A stretch of 64,000 nucleotides of DNA, from assembly GCA_049651785.1 (NCBI GenBank), contig JBASCT010000025.1:5563-69562 (forward strand), given 5' to 3'. Each line of letters opens with the position of its first letter. Position 1 is the stretch's first letter. Under the pieces are notes generated by a model. The model was not told the origin of the DNA, made no database searches, and saw nothing but the letters and a program-made list of their open reading frames with translations. Below, piece after piece: positions 17,878-33,791 of the stretch. Source of the DNA: Minisyncoccia bacterium. GTDB taxonomy: Bacteria > Patescibacteriota > Minisyncoccia > Phycocordibacterales > Zambryskibacteraceae. Position numbers and translations under genes: made by a program.

Positions 17878-18435
17878 ATGAAGAAAAAAGTAACATTCAC
17901 TCTGATTGTCCTGCTCGTTCTCGGTCTTATCGGTTACCTGTTTTTGCGCGATAAAGATTCCAATGTAAGTGTCGGGGAACCGGTCGTCGACGAGGGGGGT
18001 GTCCCCAGGCAAGATCCTTCCAATGCTACGTTTACGATAGACGGTGAGGCGATAAAATTGACAGACGGGAAAAATGAAACGAGCGTCGCGCCCGGGAGTT
18101 CTTTTGTGGAAGAGACTTCTATTTTGGAAAACCGGGCTTACGGCGACATAAATGCCGACGGTAAAGAAGACACGGTACTCTTCCTTGTAAGATACGGTGC
18201 CGGTTCGGGCACCTTCGTCTATCTGGCGGCCTTTGTCTCTGGTCCTGTAACCTATCGCGGTTCTAATGCGATATTTCTCGGCGATAGAATCTCGCCAGAA
18301 TCCATCGCGATAAGCGGAGAAATCATTACGGCCGAATATCTTGATAGAAAGCCTGATGAGCCCATGGCGTCGGAACCGACTATCCCTGTCACAAAGCAGT
18401 TCATATACAGAAACGGCGAACTGCGGGAAAGGTAA
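17878..18435 (+). CDS. Membrane-anchored hypothetical protein
   Basis: N-terminal TM. No SD. TGnTAGAAT extended -10 lies 7 nt before the ATG, so it may be leaderless. Confidence 0.5.
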   Translation: MKKKVTFTLIVLLVLGLIGYLFLRDKDSNVSVGEPVVDEGGVPRQDPSNATFTIDGEAIKLTDGKNETSVAPGSSFVEETSILENRAYGDINADGKEDTVLFLVRYGAGSGTFVYLAAFVSGPVTYRGSNAIFLGDRISPESIAISGEIITAEYLDRKPDEPMASEPTIPVTKQFIYRNGELRER

Positions 18436-18508
18436 TAACTTCTCTCTGGTTTTTGGTTAAGTTTTGTGTTTTAATATCCCCTTCCCGCCCCGTCGGCGGG
18501 GTTTAATT

Positions 18509-20308
18509 ATGGAGATAAGAAATATCGCTATTATCGCTCACGTCGACCACGGCAAAACTACTTTGACGGACGCCTTGATGAGACAGACCGGCGTTGCGGA
18601 CGAAAACGTTTCCATGGACTCAAACGCACTCGAGCTCGAGCGCGGTATTACCATTTATTCCAAAAATACCTCGGTCTTTTTCAAAAATACCAAAATTAAT
18701 ATTGTGGACACGCCCGGGCACTCCGACTTCGGCTCCGAGGTTGAGCGCGTCTTACGCTCTATAGACACGGTACTCCTCGTCGTCGATGCCCAAGAAGGCC
18801 CGATGCCTCAGACACGTTTCGTTCTGAAAAAATCCTTGGAGCTTGGACTCAAGCCCATCGTGGTAATAAATAAGATAGATAAGCCTGCCGCCAGACCCGA
18901 AGCTGTGCATGAGGAGGTTCTCGAGCTTTTTATAGAACTTGGCGCCAATAATGAACAAGTTGACTTCCCGACCGTTTACGCTATCGGCCGGCAGGGCCTT
19001 GCTAAGAAAAAACTGGCTGACGAGTCGAAGGATTTGACTCCCCTTTTGGAAACCGTCCTCGAGCACGTGCCACCCGCTTCTAAAGACGGGGTGGAACAAA
19101 ATCCGGAAAGTCTTTCGGCCCAGCCCTTTAACCTCGCTTACGACAATTTCCTCGGTCGTCTGGCTATCGCGCGAATTTACGACGGTCTGGTAAAAGTCGG
19201 GCAGAAAGTTTTCGTAAAAAAACCTGACGGAAAAACTCTCGAGAGCAAAATTACGAAACTTTATACCTTCGAGGGACTGACAAGAAAAGAGGTCGGGGAA
19301 GCTGTTACGGGCGATATTGCTATGATCGCCGGCCTGTCCGATATTTATATCGGTGACACGATTACGGGAAGCGCGGACACCCTCGCCATGCCGGCCATCC
19401 TCGTCGACGAGCCGACGATTTCGCTAAACTTTCTCGTGAACGACTCCCCCTTCGCCGGGCGCTCGGGCAAATTTGTAACAGGCAGGCAGATTCGCGAGCG
19501 CCTCGAGCGCGAGCTCGAAGTCAACGTGGGGCTTCGGGTAAATTTCGAGGCGGGAGAGGTTATGAGAGTCTCCGGCCGCGGCGAGCTCCACATCGCGATT
19601 CTTCTCGAGAACATGCGCCGAGAAGGCTTCGAACTCCAGGTCTCACAACCCAAAGTTCTTGAGAAAACGGAAAACGAAAAGAGACTGGAGCCGTATGAAG
19701 AAGTGGTGATCGATGTGCCGAGTGACATGGCAAGTGCCATCATCTCTCGGCTCTCGGAGCGCCGAGGCATCATGCTTGATATGAAAGCCCACGAAAACCA
19801 GAACCGAATTATTTTCGAAATTCCGACCAGGGGTCTCCTCGGCTACCGAAACCAGTTTGTCGTCGATACTAAGGGACTCGGCATTCTCTCCTCAAGGTTC
19901 ACGGGCTTCAAGCCCTATGCCGGCGAGATGAAACATGAAAAAAGCGGCGCCATGATCTCCATGGAGAACGGTAAGGCTCTCGCCTTTGCCCTGGACAACC
20001 TCCAGGACAGAGGGGTGCTCTACATCGGGCCGAGCAACGAGGTTTACGAAGGCCAGGTTATCGGCAACACTTCCAAAGGAGAAGACCTCTATGTAAATCC
20101 GACCAAAGGAAAACAGTTGACCAACATGCGCGCCTCCGGTTCCGATGAAGGAATATTTCTTACTCCCGCTTATAAGCTCGATATTGAGCGTGCTATGGAG
20201 ATCATGAACGATGACGAATATATAGAAATCACGCCTGAAGCCGTACGCTTGAGAAAAATTTACTTAACCAAAGAAGCCCGTACCAAAGCGATGCGGAAAG
20301 CGGTATAA
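18509..20308 (+). CDS. typA: Translational GTPase TypA/BipA
   Basis: [20 protein letters not shown]-like domains. Start placed at [17 protein letters not shown]. The longer six-frame ORF reads through an upstream GC hairpin. Confidence 0.9.
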   Translation: MEIRNIAIIAHVDHGKTTLTDALMRQTGVADENVSMDSNALELERGITIYSKNTSVFFKNTKINIVDTPGHSDFGSEVERVLRSIDTVLLVVDAQEGPMPQTRFVLKKSLELGLKPIVVINKIDKPAARPEAVHEEVLELFIELGANNEQVDFPTVYAIGRQGLAKKKLADESKDLTPLLETVLEHVPPASKDGVEQNPESLSAQPFNLAYDNFLGRLAIARIYDGLVKVGQKVFVKKPDGKTLESKITKLYTFEGLTRKEVGEAVTGDIAMIAGLSDIYIGDTITGSADTLAMPAILVDEPTISLNFLVNDSPFAGRSGKFVTGRQIRERLERELEVNVGLRVNFEAGEVMRVSGRGELHIAILLENMRREGFELQVSQPKVLEKTENEKRLEPYEEVVIDVPSDMASAIISRLSERRGIMLDMKAHENQNRIIFEIPTRGLLGYRNQFVVDTKGLGILSSRFTGFKPYAGEMKHEKSGAMISMENGKALAFALDNLQDRGVLYIGPSNEVYEGQVIGNTSKGEDLYVNPTKGKQLTNMRASGSDEGIFLTPAYKLDIERAMEIMNDDEYIEITPEAVRLRKIYLTKEARTKAMRKAV

Positions 20309-20315
20309 TAGCGCC

Positions 20316-21083
20316 ATGAGCGGACTCGATACTTCATCCTACAAGGGAGTGAGAGACTTTTACCCCGAGGATATGAAGGTTCAAAATTATATCTTCGACA
20401 CTTGGCGCAAGGTCGCCGAGAAATTCGGCTACGCGGAGTATGGCGCCTCAATCTTAGAGCCGACCGAGCTCTATACGGAAAAATCGGGGGCTGAAATCAT
20501 TAATGAACAGACCTTTACCTTCACGGACCGCGGCGACCGCTCGGTAACGCTTCGCCCAGAGATGACCCCAACCTTGGCCCGAATGGTCGCCGCGCGCCGC
20601 CGTAACCTCAAATTTCCTCTAAGATGGTACTCAATACCGAACCTTTTTAGATACGAGCGCCCCCAGCGCGGCAGAAAGCGAGAGCACTGGCAACTGAATT
20701 GCGACCTCTTGGACGTCGAGGGCTTTGAGGGAGACAAAGAAGTGATTAAACTTGCCTGTGCGGTACTCAAAGAGTTCGGCGCTAAGGATTCCGATTTTGA
20801 AGTAAGGGTAAATAATGCCGACATTGAAAAATTCCTCGATATCGGGCCGAATTTTGTCCATGACCCGACGCTTTCGCGAGGCCAAACGTATTATACGGGA
20901 ACGGTTTTCGAAATCTTTGATACCAATAAAGAAAATTCTAGAGCCGTCGCCGGAGGCGGCAGGTACGATAACCTGCTCGAGCTCTTCGATGTCGCCCCCG
21001 TGCCGGCCGCCGGTTTCGGCATGGGCGATATTACTCTGCGCGACTTTCTTGAGACGCATGGGCTAGCCTTATGCGCAAAATAG
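20316..21083 (+). CDS. hisS: Histidyl-tRNA synthetase-like class II core with no anticodon-binding domain (255 aa)
   Basis: HisRS motifs GVRDFYPEDM, LRPEMTPTLAR, RYERPQRGRKREHWQ, GGGRYDNL, PAAGFGMG. The ORF ends 12 nt after motif 3 and overlaps the next gene. Confidence 0.7.
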   Translation: MSGLDTSSYKGVRDFYPEDMKVQNYIFDTWRKVAEKFGYAEYGASILEPTELYTEKSGAEIINEQTFTFTDRGDRSVTLRPEMTPTLARMVAARRRNLKFPLRWYSIPNLFRYERPQRGRKREHWQLNCDLLDVEGFEGDKEVIKLACAVLKEFGAKDSDFEVRVNNADIEKFLDIGPNFVHDPTLSRGQTYYTGTVFEIFDTNKENSRAVAGGGRYDNLLELFDVAPVPAAGFGMGDITLRDFLETHGLALCAK

Positions 21084-21646
21084 TTTTTGACATAGAGACG
21101 AAAAACTTTTTCTCGGATGTCGGCGGTAACGATCCGGCCCTTTTGGATCTCGCCCTCGTGGCCATTTACGACTCCGAAACAGACTCCTACCACTCGTTTC
21201 TCGAAAACGAGCTCGCGCGACTCTGGCCTTTCTTGGAACGAGCCGATATGCTTGTCGGCTTTAACTCCGACCACTTCGACATCCCCGTCTTGAACAAGTA
21301 CTACTCCGGCGACCTTTCCAAGATAAAAAGCCTCGATATCCTCAAGGAGATAAAAAACTCCTACGGACGCAGGATGCGCCTTGACCAGCTCGCCGAAGGA
21401 ACGCTTGGCAAGAATAAGTCCGGCGGGGGCGCTGACGCCATAAACTGGTGGCGCGCCGGAGATATTGAACGCGTGCGCGCCTACTGCATAGACGACGTAA
21501 AAATAACTCGAGAAATCTACGAGTATGCTCTGAAAAATAGTAAGCTCATTTTCAAAGAAGGTGGAGCTCTGAACGAAATCAAACTCGACGTCTCAGAGTG
21601 GGAGAAATCGAACGGGCATAAACTCACCTTTTCCCTCCCATTTTAA
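21071..21646 (+). CDS. DEDD-type 3'-5' exonuclease (PolB-exonuclease-like, COG3298-like)
   Basis: FDIET, LVGFNSDHFDIPVL, YCIDDV motifs. Confidence 0.6.
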   Translation: MRKIVFDIETKNFFSDVGGNDPALLDLALVAIYDSETDSYHSFLENELARLWPFLERADMLVGFNSDHFDIPVLNKYYSGDLSKIKSLDILKEIKNSYGRRMRLDQLAEGTLGKNKSGGGADAINWWRAGDIERVRAYCIDDVKITREIYEYALKNSKLIFKEGGALNEIKLDVSEWEKSNGHKLTFSLPF

Positions 21647-21687
21647 CTCTAGTATAATTATCCGCATAAACATTTAACAAAAAATCA

Positions 21688-22404
21688 ATGGATCCGAACC
21701 AATATCCGAACGAGAATCCGATGAATAAAAATGTGGTGCCGTTCGCGATTGTTGTCGCTGGTGCCTTAATCGCCTTGGCGGTCTACTTTGGCAGCAGTGA
21801 TTCGACCCTTCGCTCGATAACCGAGACCTCAGAGAAACCCGCGGCGGCGAAAGCCGAGGTCGCTCCCGTAACCGCCAAGGACCACATCCTCGGTAATATA
21901 AACGCAGAGGTAATCGTTATCGAATATTCCGATACCGAGTGCCCGTTCTGCAAAGTTTTCCAGACGACGATGCGTCAGGTTGTCGACGGGTATCAGGGGA
22001 AAGTGGCTTGGGTTTATCGACACTTCCCGATTGCTCAACTTCACCCCAAGGCGGCTAAGGAAGCCGAGGCGACGGAATGCGCCGCGGAGCTCGGCGGTAA
22101 CCAGGTCTTCTGGAGATATATTGACAGACTTTTTGAAATCACGCCTTCGAACGACGGTCTCGATCCGGCGGAATTACCCAAGATCGCAGCCGCAGTAGGC
22201 CTAAACCAGACCACATTCAACGAATGCCTCTCGAGTGGTAGATATACACAGTTCGTGACTCAAAGCGTTGAAGCCGCTGTGAAAGCTGGCGCGCGCGGTA
22301 CTCCCTACTCGATAATACTAGCAAAGGACGGCAGACAAGTTGTGGTAAATGGCGCCGAACCTCTGGCCACGGTCAAGGCCAAGATCGATTCTCTCCTTAA
22401 GTAA
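21688..22404 (+). CDS. Membrane-anchored thiol:disulfide oxidoreductase, DsbA/BdbD-like
   Basis: Thioredoxin fold with CPFC active site and an N-terminal TM. Confidence 0.75.
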   Translation: MDPNQYPNENPMNKNVVPFAIVVAGALIALAVYFGSSDSTLRSITETSEKPAAAKAEVAPVTAKDHILGNINAEVIVIEYSDTECPFCKVFQTTMRQVVDGYQGKVAWVYRHFPIAQLHPKAAKEAEATECAAELGGNQVFWRYIDRLFEITPSNDGLDPAELPKIAAAVGLNQTTFNECLSSGRYTQFVTQSVEAAVKAGARGTPYSIILAKDGRQVVVNGAEPLATVKAKIDSLLK

Positions 22405-22405
22405 T

Positions 22406-23914
22406 TTAAGAAACTTTCTCTTTCAGGTATCTGAAAATCGCGTACATAGCGTAGGTGTCGAGGTTGCAATACTCACGAAGATCCGCCATTATTTTTTCCT
22501 TATCTTTGGCGTTCTTACCCTTAAGAACAGTCTCCATCCAAACCCTCTGGGCTTGTCCGCCACCTGATATATTCAAATTCTTATAGCTAAAACTTGGCAG
22601 AAGCGCCGGCAAGACCGACTTGATGGATGCTCTGCCGAAGAAATCTTTATCCACAAACCAGCCCTTGGAGAAGGGCACCATAAGATCAACCATCCTGTCG
22701 TTAAGATTGTCCAGAAACTTTTTGTACTCAGGACACCTCTCGCCCATCTCTTTGTTGCGTCCTTTTTCGAACGGCATGTACCAGGAAATGACAGAGCCCG
22801 AGCCGGAAAAATCTTCTTGAAGACGCTTCAGGAGATGCGGAACAGGGTCGGTATTTTCGGTGTGGAGATATTCTTTAAGTGTCGGTTCTTCGTTTGGTTC
22901 CTCGAGAATGTGGAGTGAATATTGAAAAGGAATCTGCTGGTACGGGCGGTAGCCGTCAAAGGCGGGAATGACCCCCGCCATAGTTTCGTAGTCCAAGAAA
23001 TAAAGCGGATACTTGAGATCGCCGAGAAAGACCCTTACTTCCTCGGTATTGATATGTTGCTCCCCTGATTTCATCGCCTCGACCTGGCGCAACTGCTTTT
23101 CGGTGAGCGGTCCGTCGAGCGGGATGTCGTTTAAAAGTTCAATCCCGTTGTCCTCGAGCCAAGCGATAGTTTTTGAATCGGGAGTGGCGAGCTTATAAAT
23201 ACTATAGTCTGGAAACTTGCCCCTTATAAGCTGGATAATTTTGAGCCATTCCTCAAAAGTTTCCCCGCCCTGGCTAAGATGGCGCGGAGAAATGTCGGGC
23301 ATAGTTTTCAATTCGAGGACCTTAAAGGCGCGCTTGATGTTTTCTCTCGTCTCCGCTATCGCCTCGCGGACTTTCACCGTGACATCGGTTTTTACCGTAA
23401 TAGCTTTGGGGTCAATTTCACCCTTGCGGACATATTTATTATTGACATGGAGGACGGCTAGGTTCCTTACTTTGAAGCCGGAATCTTCCAAAACTATAGT
23501 TTGGAACGCGAGGTCCACGAGGTGCTCGGGCTTAACGCTCGTCGAAGATTTAATTTCCGAGAGGTCAAAAGTATTTTTCCCAGCGTTCTCCAAAACGTCG
23601 AAAATTGCCGTGATATTATTGACTTCTATCCGGCCCTGAAGAATCACTTTAGTCCCCTTTTCGATCTCTTTAAGAGTTAGTTCCGGCAGGGCGTAATACT
23701 TGGTGCCGCTGAATTCGTTACCCTCCTTTTTGTAGCCGAGGCGTACGGCCTTTGGGAAAAGTTTCTCGGCATAGCTTTCAAACAAGGTGCCCTCATCGAA
23801 CAGGGCTTGCAAATCTTCGTCAGGCAGGGGCAGTTTGTTCTTGTCGTATTTTTTAAGCCAGAGCCAAGCGGGGTGTTTGAGAAAGAGGAGAAATTCTGAC
23901 TTGGAGATGGTCAT
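22406..23914 (-). CDS. DUF2779-like protein with a C-terminal RNase-H-like exonuclease domain
   Basis: YFLDYET...YQQIPFQYSLH...YCNLDTYAMYAIF. Family name recalled from memory and not verified. Confidence 0.4.
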   Translation of the reverse strand: MTISKSEFLLFLKHPAWLWLKKYDKNKLPLPDEDLQALFDEGTLFESYAEKLFPKAVRLGYKKEGNEFSGTKYYALPELTLKEIEKGTKVILQGRIEVNNITAIFDVLENAGKNTFDLSEIKSSTSVKPEHLVDLAFQTIVLEDSGFKVRNLAVLHVNNKYVRKGEIDPKAITVKTDVTVKVREAIAETRENIKRAFKVLELKTMPDISPRHLSQGGETFEEWLKIIQLIRGKFPDYSIYKLATPDSKTIAWLEDNGIELLNDIPLDGPLTEKQLRQVEAMKSGEQHINTEEVRVFLGDLKYPLYFLDYETMAGVIPAFDGYRPYQQIPFQYSLHILEEPNEEPTLKEYLHTENTDPVPHLLKRLQEDFSGSGSVISWYMPFEKGRNKEMGERCPEYKKFLDNLNDRMVDLMVPFSKGWFVDKDFFGRASIKSVLPALLPSFSYKNLNISGGGQAQRVWMETVLKGKNAKDKEKIMADLREYCNLDTYAMYAIFRYLKEKVS

Positions 23915-23919
23915 TTTAA

Positions 23920-25140
23920 CTAATAGCCGCGGAGTCTGTTTATCTTTTCGTGTTGGCGGATTTTTTCGTGCGCCTTGGCCTCAATCTGCCTGATACGTTC
24001 GCGGGTAACGCCGAAAACTTTCCCCACTTCTTCGAGCGTATGCGTGTAGCCATCGGTGAGACCGTGACGCATTTCAAGAATCTTTCTCTCTTTTGGAGGC
24101 AAGTCTCCGAGAATTTCTTTTACCTGATCGGAGACAATTCGGCGGGAGGAATCTTGGTCGGGCGAGAGCACCTTGTCGTCGGCGAGGAAGTCGCCCAATT
24201 TCGATTTGCCGTCGTCGCCGTCGTCGCCTACCGGGCTCTCAAGCGAGACCGTCGACTGGTCGATTTTTTCAATATGGTAAATTTTTTCCACATCCATATT
24301 CATCTCAAGGGCGATTTCTTCCTGAAGCGGTTCGCGGCCCAGGTCCTGCGTCAGGCGTCTCACCACTTGCTTGTACTTGGCAATAGTCTCAACCATGTGC
24401 ACGGGCACGCGAATGGTGCGGGATTGGTCGGCAAGGGCACGGGTAATGGCTTGCCTAATCCACCAAGTGGCGTAGGTCGAGAACTTGAAGCCCTTGGTCC
24501 AATCGAACTTTTCCACCGCCTTATGAAGCCCCAAATTGCCTTCCTGGATGAGGTCGAGAAGCGTTAGATCGGGACTGCGGTTAGCATACTTTTTGGCGAT
24601 AGAGACCACGAGGCGGAGGTTTGCCTTCATCAGAAGATTTTTGGCGTCCATGTCGCCGGCTTCAATTCTTTTTGCCAACTCTTTTTCCATCGAACCTGCG
24701 ATAAGCGGGTATTGGCCGATTTCGCGCAAATACATCTGGATAGAGTCGTAAGAAGAGTCGCCGCGCGAATAGACGTATTGCTTCCCTGTTTTTTCTTCCG
24801 GCATCTCTAAGAGTCCCCCGCCCTCCAGAACATCAATGCCGAGGGTGGAGAATTTCTCGTAGAGCTCGTCGAGCAGGGCGATGTCCGTTTCGATGTTCGG
24901 GAATTCTTTGAGAATCTCGTCATAAGTGACGAAACCGCGTTCTTTGCCGCGAGTGACAAGATGCTCGATTTTTAAGGCCTCGCTGATTCTCTGCTTTATC
25001 GGTTTTTTTGATTCTGCCTTCGAAAGTTGTACTTTAGAGACTTTTTTTGCCCCCTTGTGACCGTGCTTGATAGCTTTTTTCAATCGCTTTTTGGCGACTT
25101 TTTTGGTCTTATATTTAGTTTTTCGGGTGGGTTTTTTCAC
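23920..25140 (-). CDS. rpoD: RNA polymerase primary sigma factor RpoD with a Lys-rich N-terminus
   Basis: Region 2 [39 protein letters not shown]. Regions 3 and 4 present. Confidence 0.9.
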   Translation of the reverse strand: MKKPTRKTKYKTKKVAKKRLKKAIKHGHKGAKKVSKVQLSKAESKKPIKQRISEALKIEHLVTRGKERGFVTYDEILKEFPNIETDIALLDELYEKFSTLGIDVLEGGGLLEMPEEKTGKQYVYSRGDSSYDSIQMYLREIGQYPLIAGSMEKELAKRIEAGDMDAKNLLMKANLRLVVSIAKKYANRSPDLTLLDLIQEGNLGLHKAVEKFDWTKGFKFSTYATWWIRQAITRALADQSRTIRVPVHMVETIAKYKQVVRRLTQDLGREPLQEEIALEMNMDVEKIYHIEKIDQSTVSLESPVGDDGDDGKSKLGDFLADDKVLSPDQDSSRRIVSDQVKEILGDLPPKERKILEMRHGLTDGYTHTLEEVGKVFGVTRERIRQIEAKAHEKIRQHEKINRLRGY

Positions 25141-26737
25141 AAAGTATTTATATCTTACAACACTTTTTTCTTCTCCTCGAGGAGGTACATTTCGGCGTGG
25201 ACCCTCTGAATGTCTGATGCGAAACCTTTCGCCAGCTCTTCGTCTCTCGCGGCTTCGGCCCGCGAAAGCTCGAGAGAGAGCCGCGCGAGCTCGTCTCTCA
25301 AATCGAGCTCCTTAAGATTGTTCTCAAGTTCAAATTCTTCCTTGCGAAGTGTCTCCACTTCCGGATTTCTCTCGGGGAGCTCTTTGAGCCACTCTCGCAC
25401 TTCCGTCAAGCGCTCTTCAATTTGTCCCCTTCTTGGAACGTGTTTGGCGCTCTTCTCTTTCTCCGGAATCGGCACTGATTCTTCACGGAGAGCGGGGGGT
25501 TCCGGTGCCCGAGCTTTTTTAAGGTCGGCCCAGATTATTTCCTCTTTCATCCCGGTCCGCTTGGCAAGCATCGAGACAAAGTGCGACTGCTCCATAGCGC
25601 TCCCGACAAGCTTAATCATCGGCAAAATTTTCTTCTCAATGAGCTTGCCGAGCTTCCTCGAATCTTTCTCCCTCTTTTCCAACTTGCCGAAGAAAAATTC
25701 CACCGCCGGTAAAGAATTCTTCAGCGCCTCTTTCCAGACTTTTTGGTCTTTAAGAATTGTATCGGCGGGGTCCGAACCTTCCGGCAAATCCGCCACCTTG
25801 ACCTCAAGCCCCATTGAGAGTGCCTGCTCCGAGGCTCTCTCCGCCGCCTTCTCACCCGCCAGGTCGCCGTCGAAAGCAAGAATGATACGGTTTGAGAGTC
25901 TCTTGAGACGCTCAAGGTGCTCGCGGGTAAAAGCGGTACCAGAGGCGGCAACAGCGTTATCCACTCCCGCTTGGTGAGAGAGGAGAAGGTCTAGCTGCCC
26001 TTCAACGAGGATGGAATAGTCTTTTTTCCTGATACTGCCCTTGGCACGGTCGAGACCGTAGAGCGATTCGGTTTTCGAGAAAACAGGCGTGGTCGGACTG
26101 TTTAAGTACTTCGGCGCGTTCTCCTTGTCGAGGGCTCTGCCGGAAAACGCGATAACCCTGCCGTTCACGTCAAAGAGCGGAAAGGTAACCCTGTGCCTGA
26201 AAACATCGTAAGGACCCTGAGAAGCATTTTCTTCATTGACCTTCGCAAGACCCGCTTTTATAAGTGTGTCCTTGTCGTAGCCGAGACTCTGCAGGTAGTT
26301 ATAGAGTGAGCGCCATTCATTCGGAGCATATCCGAGGCGCCAGCTTCCGAGTGTTTCTTGCGAGAGCCCTCTGGAGACAAGGTAGTCCAGAGCGAGCTTT
26401 GCGTCGGAGAGATTTTTTTCAAAGAACTTGGTTGCTTCTTCAAGAGCATTGAAGATTTTATCCTTCTCGGCCTTTGATTTATCCGAAGCGCGGTATTCGA
26501 CCTCCACACCGGCTCGTTCCGCGAGAACCTTCAGGGCACCCTTGAAATCGAGCCCGTCCATCTGTTCCACGAAGGTGAAGATGTCACCCTTGGCGCCGCA
26601 ACCGAAGCAGTAGAAGCTCTGGCGTTCGGGGGAGACAAAAAACGACGGCGTCTTCTCCTTATGGAACGGACAATTTGCTTTAAAGCTCCGGCCAGCTTTC
26701 TGGAGCTTGAGGTAGCCGGAGATGAGCTCGGCTATAT

Positions 26738-30380
<3,643 letters not shown>

Positions 30381-30388
<8 letters not shown>

Positions 30389-33300
30389 TGTTTTGGGAGT
30401 TATCTGGCTTCCCGCCCGAACGACCGAAATCATTCGGTCGGGCGGGCTTCTTCAAATCGACATCAAGGGAAAGGCCGCGCAAGTTGTTCAAAAGGACGTT
30501 GAAAGAAGCCGGCAGGTGCGGATCGGGAATTTTTTCACCCTTAACTATGGCGTCGAAGGCGGCCGAGCGGCCGATGATGTCGTCAGATTTAATCGTGAGC
30601 ATTTCGCGGAGGGTGTGGCTTACGCCGTGACCCAAAAGCGCCCAGACTTCCATCTCGCCGAAGCGCTGACCGCCGTTCTGCGCCTTGCCGCCCAAGGGCT
30701 GCTGGGTGATGAGAGAATACGGTCCGATAGAGCGCATGTGGATTTTGTCCTCGACCATGTGGTGAAGTTTGAGGACATACATGTAACCGACGGCAATATC
30801 TTGTTCGAACTCTTCTCCGGTGCGACCGTCAAAGAGTTTCACCTTGCCGTTTTTCTTAAAGCCGGCCTTGGTGAGCTCCTCCTGTATTTCTTCTTCCGAG
30901 GCGCCGGCGAAGGGCGGCACGATGGCCTGATAGTTGAGCGTGTGGGCGGCGAGACCCAAATGCATTTCAAGAATTTGCCCGAGATTCATACGTGAAGGCA
31001 CGCCGAGAGGTGTCAGGATAATATCGATCGGCGTGCCGTCCGCCATGTAAGGCATTTCCTCAACCGGCAGAATTTTTGAAATGACTCCTTTGTTGCCGTG
31101 GCGTCCCGCGAGCTTGTCGCCTACGGAAACATTGCGGAGCTGGGCCACCTGAATATGAATTTGTTTCAAAATGCCCGACTCAAGTTTGTCCCCCTTCTCA
31201 CGGCTGAAGATTTGAACCGAGATAACGCGGCCGCGCTTACCCCCTTCCATGCGCTTTGAAGTATCTTTGACATCGCGCGCTTTCTCGCCGAAAAGCGAGC
31301 GAAGCAGGCGCTCCTCTGGGGTAAGTTGCGACTCGCCCTTCGGCGTAATCTTGCCGACAAGAATATCGCCGGGGCGCACCTCGGCGCCGACGCGGATAAT
31401 GCCGTCCTCGGCCAGATTTTTAAGCTTTGACTCTCCGACATTCGGGATGTCACAGGTAGTCATCTCCGGGCCGAGTTTCGTATCGCGGACATTGACCGTG
31501 AATTCTTCGACGTGAATCGAAGTAAATTTGCTCTTCTCGACCAGGCGCTCGGAAATGATGATGGCGTCTTCGTAATTGGCACCCGACCAGGACATGAAGG
31601 CGACAAGAGCATTTTGTCCCACGGCCATCTGTCCGCCGGCGGAAGATGAGGTGTCGGCGAGGACCTTGCCCTTCTTAACCTTTTGTCCGACTTCAACCGA
31701 GGGTCTCTGGTGGAAGGTCGTGAAGCCGTTCGTCATTGAAAAATTGACCAAAGGAAACTTGTGCGTATTGCCCTTGTTATCCTTGACCTGAATCATCTTG
31801 CCGTCGACATACGAGACTGCGCCGTCAACGGTCGAGACGACCATACGTCCGGTGTCGCGAATAGCCGCCTCCTCGATACCTGTGGCGACAAGCGGCACTT
31901 CGGGCACGATGCAGGGTGTTGCCTGTTTCTGCATGTTCGAACCCATGAGCGCGCGGTTGGCGTCGTCGTGGTTGAGGAAGGGAATCATCGAGGTGGCGAC
32001 GGAAAAAGCCTGATTTGTAGCCACATCCATAAACTGTACCTCTCCCTTAGGGATGAGCTGGGGTCTACCACCAAGGCGAACCTCGACCATGTCGGAGACA
32101 ATCTTGTCCTCCTCCATCACCGTGGCGGCATGGGAGATACTCGAATTTTCTTCCTCCAAGGCGTTCAGGAATTTTATTTCGCCCGTAATTTTTCCGTCCT
32201 TAACTACAGCGTAAGGGGTCTCTATCATGCCGAAGTCGTTGATTCTCGCGTAGCAAGAAAGGCGCAAAATAAGACCGATGTTCGGACCTTCGGGGGTCTG
32301 AATCGGACAGAGTCTGCCGTAGTGCGAAGGATGAACGTCGCGGACTTCGTACCCGGCGCGCGCGCGGTTGAGACCGCCGGGACCGAGAGCCGAGACGGTG
32401 CGCAGATGCTCAAGCTCGGCGAGCGTATTTTCCTGCTGGGCAAATTGGGACAATTGGTTCGTGGTGAAAAATTCTTTGATTCTTGCCTGCAGGGGTTTGG
32501 GCGAGATAAAGTGGACCGGCAGCGTAACGTCGGTGTCGATTGTCGACATTCTGTTCTGGATATTGCGCTTAATCTGCGCCATACCTACGCGGATTTTCTG
32601 TTGGAAAAGCTCACCCACGAGGCGCACCCTCCTTGAGCCGAGGTGGTCTATGTCGTCGGGTTGGGCATCGGGCACTGCGTTCAGGCGCGCCATGTGCGAG
32701 ATAATCGTGACGAAATCGGCAAGCGAGAGCGTGCGGCGATCAATCTCCTTGGCGGAATCCTTGCCGCCGAAACGATTGTTGAATCGGAAGCGTCCGACGC
32801 GGGAGAGATCGTAGCGGTCTTTGCTGAAAATGGAGAGCACGAATTCACGGGCATTGTCGGCCGCGGCGAGATCTCCATCGCGAAGTCGCTTGTGTATCTC
32901 GATTGCTGCCTCGTCGACGGTCGTCGTGTGGTCCTTGGCCAGAGTTTTTTCTAGGTGGCGCTTGGTTTCGGGAACGTTTTCGAACAGAGCAAGAATCTTT
33001 TCATTCGAGATGACGTGGTTTGTGTTGCCCGCCATAAGGAACCGCAAGAGCGTTGTAACCGGGAATTTTCTTTTTCGGTCGATTCTGACGTAGAGAGTGC
33101 CGTCGAGATCGGTCTCAAGCTCGATCCAAGCGCCGCGACCGGGGATGATTTTGGCGCCAAAAGTCTTTTTGCCCCTGAGTTCCTGAGTGGTGAAAGAAAT
33201 ACCGGTTGAGCGGGCAAGCTGAGGAACAATCACCCGCTCAATGCCGGAGATGATGAAGGTGCCGTGGGAAGTCATGAGAGGAAAGTCGGCCATGAAGATT

Positions 33301-33644
33301 TCCTGCTCTTTCTCCGTGCCGGTAATCATATTCTTGAGACGCACCTTCACCTTGAGCGGTGCCTCGTAGGAAAGCTTCTTTTCCTTGGCGGTATATTCGT
33401 CTATTTTCGCCTCGGCGAGTTCGAAGCCGATAAAATCGAGTTTAAATTTCTTTTCGGAAAAATCTTTGATAGACGAAAACTCCTCAAAGACTTCTTTGAG
33501 ACCTTTTTCGATAAGCCATTTGAAAGACTCTATTTGAGAAACGACAAGATTCGGTATCTCGGTTAAGGGCTCCCTGAAGCGCCCGAAATATTTCTTCTCT
33601 CGTTCGATTGAGCTCGTGTGTTTGGGTGAGGTAGCCGGATTCAT
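30381..33644 (-). CDS. rpoB: RNA polymerase beta subunit
   Basis: Full-length RpoB motifs. Confidence 0.95.
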
Positions 33645-33759
33645 AGAAACAAAAAAACGAATGGCGCGGTTTCCACCGTGCCTGTCTTTACCTAAGCTGA
33701 ACCTTCTCGTATCAAAACCCTTCGTTGCGGCCGTAACTCAATCGAGTCGAAGTCCGAAC

Positions 33760-33788
33760 ATCTTATACATAACCTGTTTTTCTGTCAA
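33760..33788 (-). promoter_or_regulatory. Candidate promoter TTGACA-17-TAAGAT upstream of rpoB, about a 115-nt 5' UTR
   Basis: Read on the reverse strand, directly after the trmD stop. Confidence 0.35.
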
Positions 33789-33791
33789 GGG

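Noticed and set aside
18464-18508. N-terminal extension of typA (MCFNIPFPPRRRGLI...)
   Set aside because: It reads through a GC hairpin and terminator-like element. Conserved BipA sequence starts at [17 protein letters not shown] (18509).
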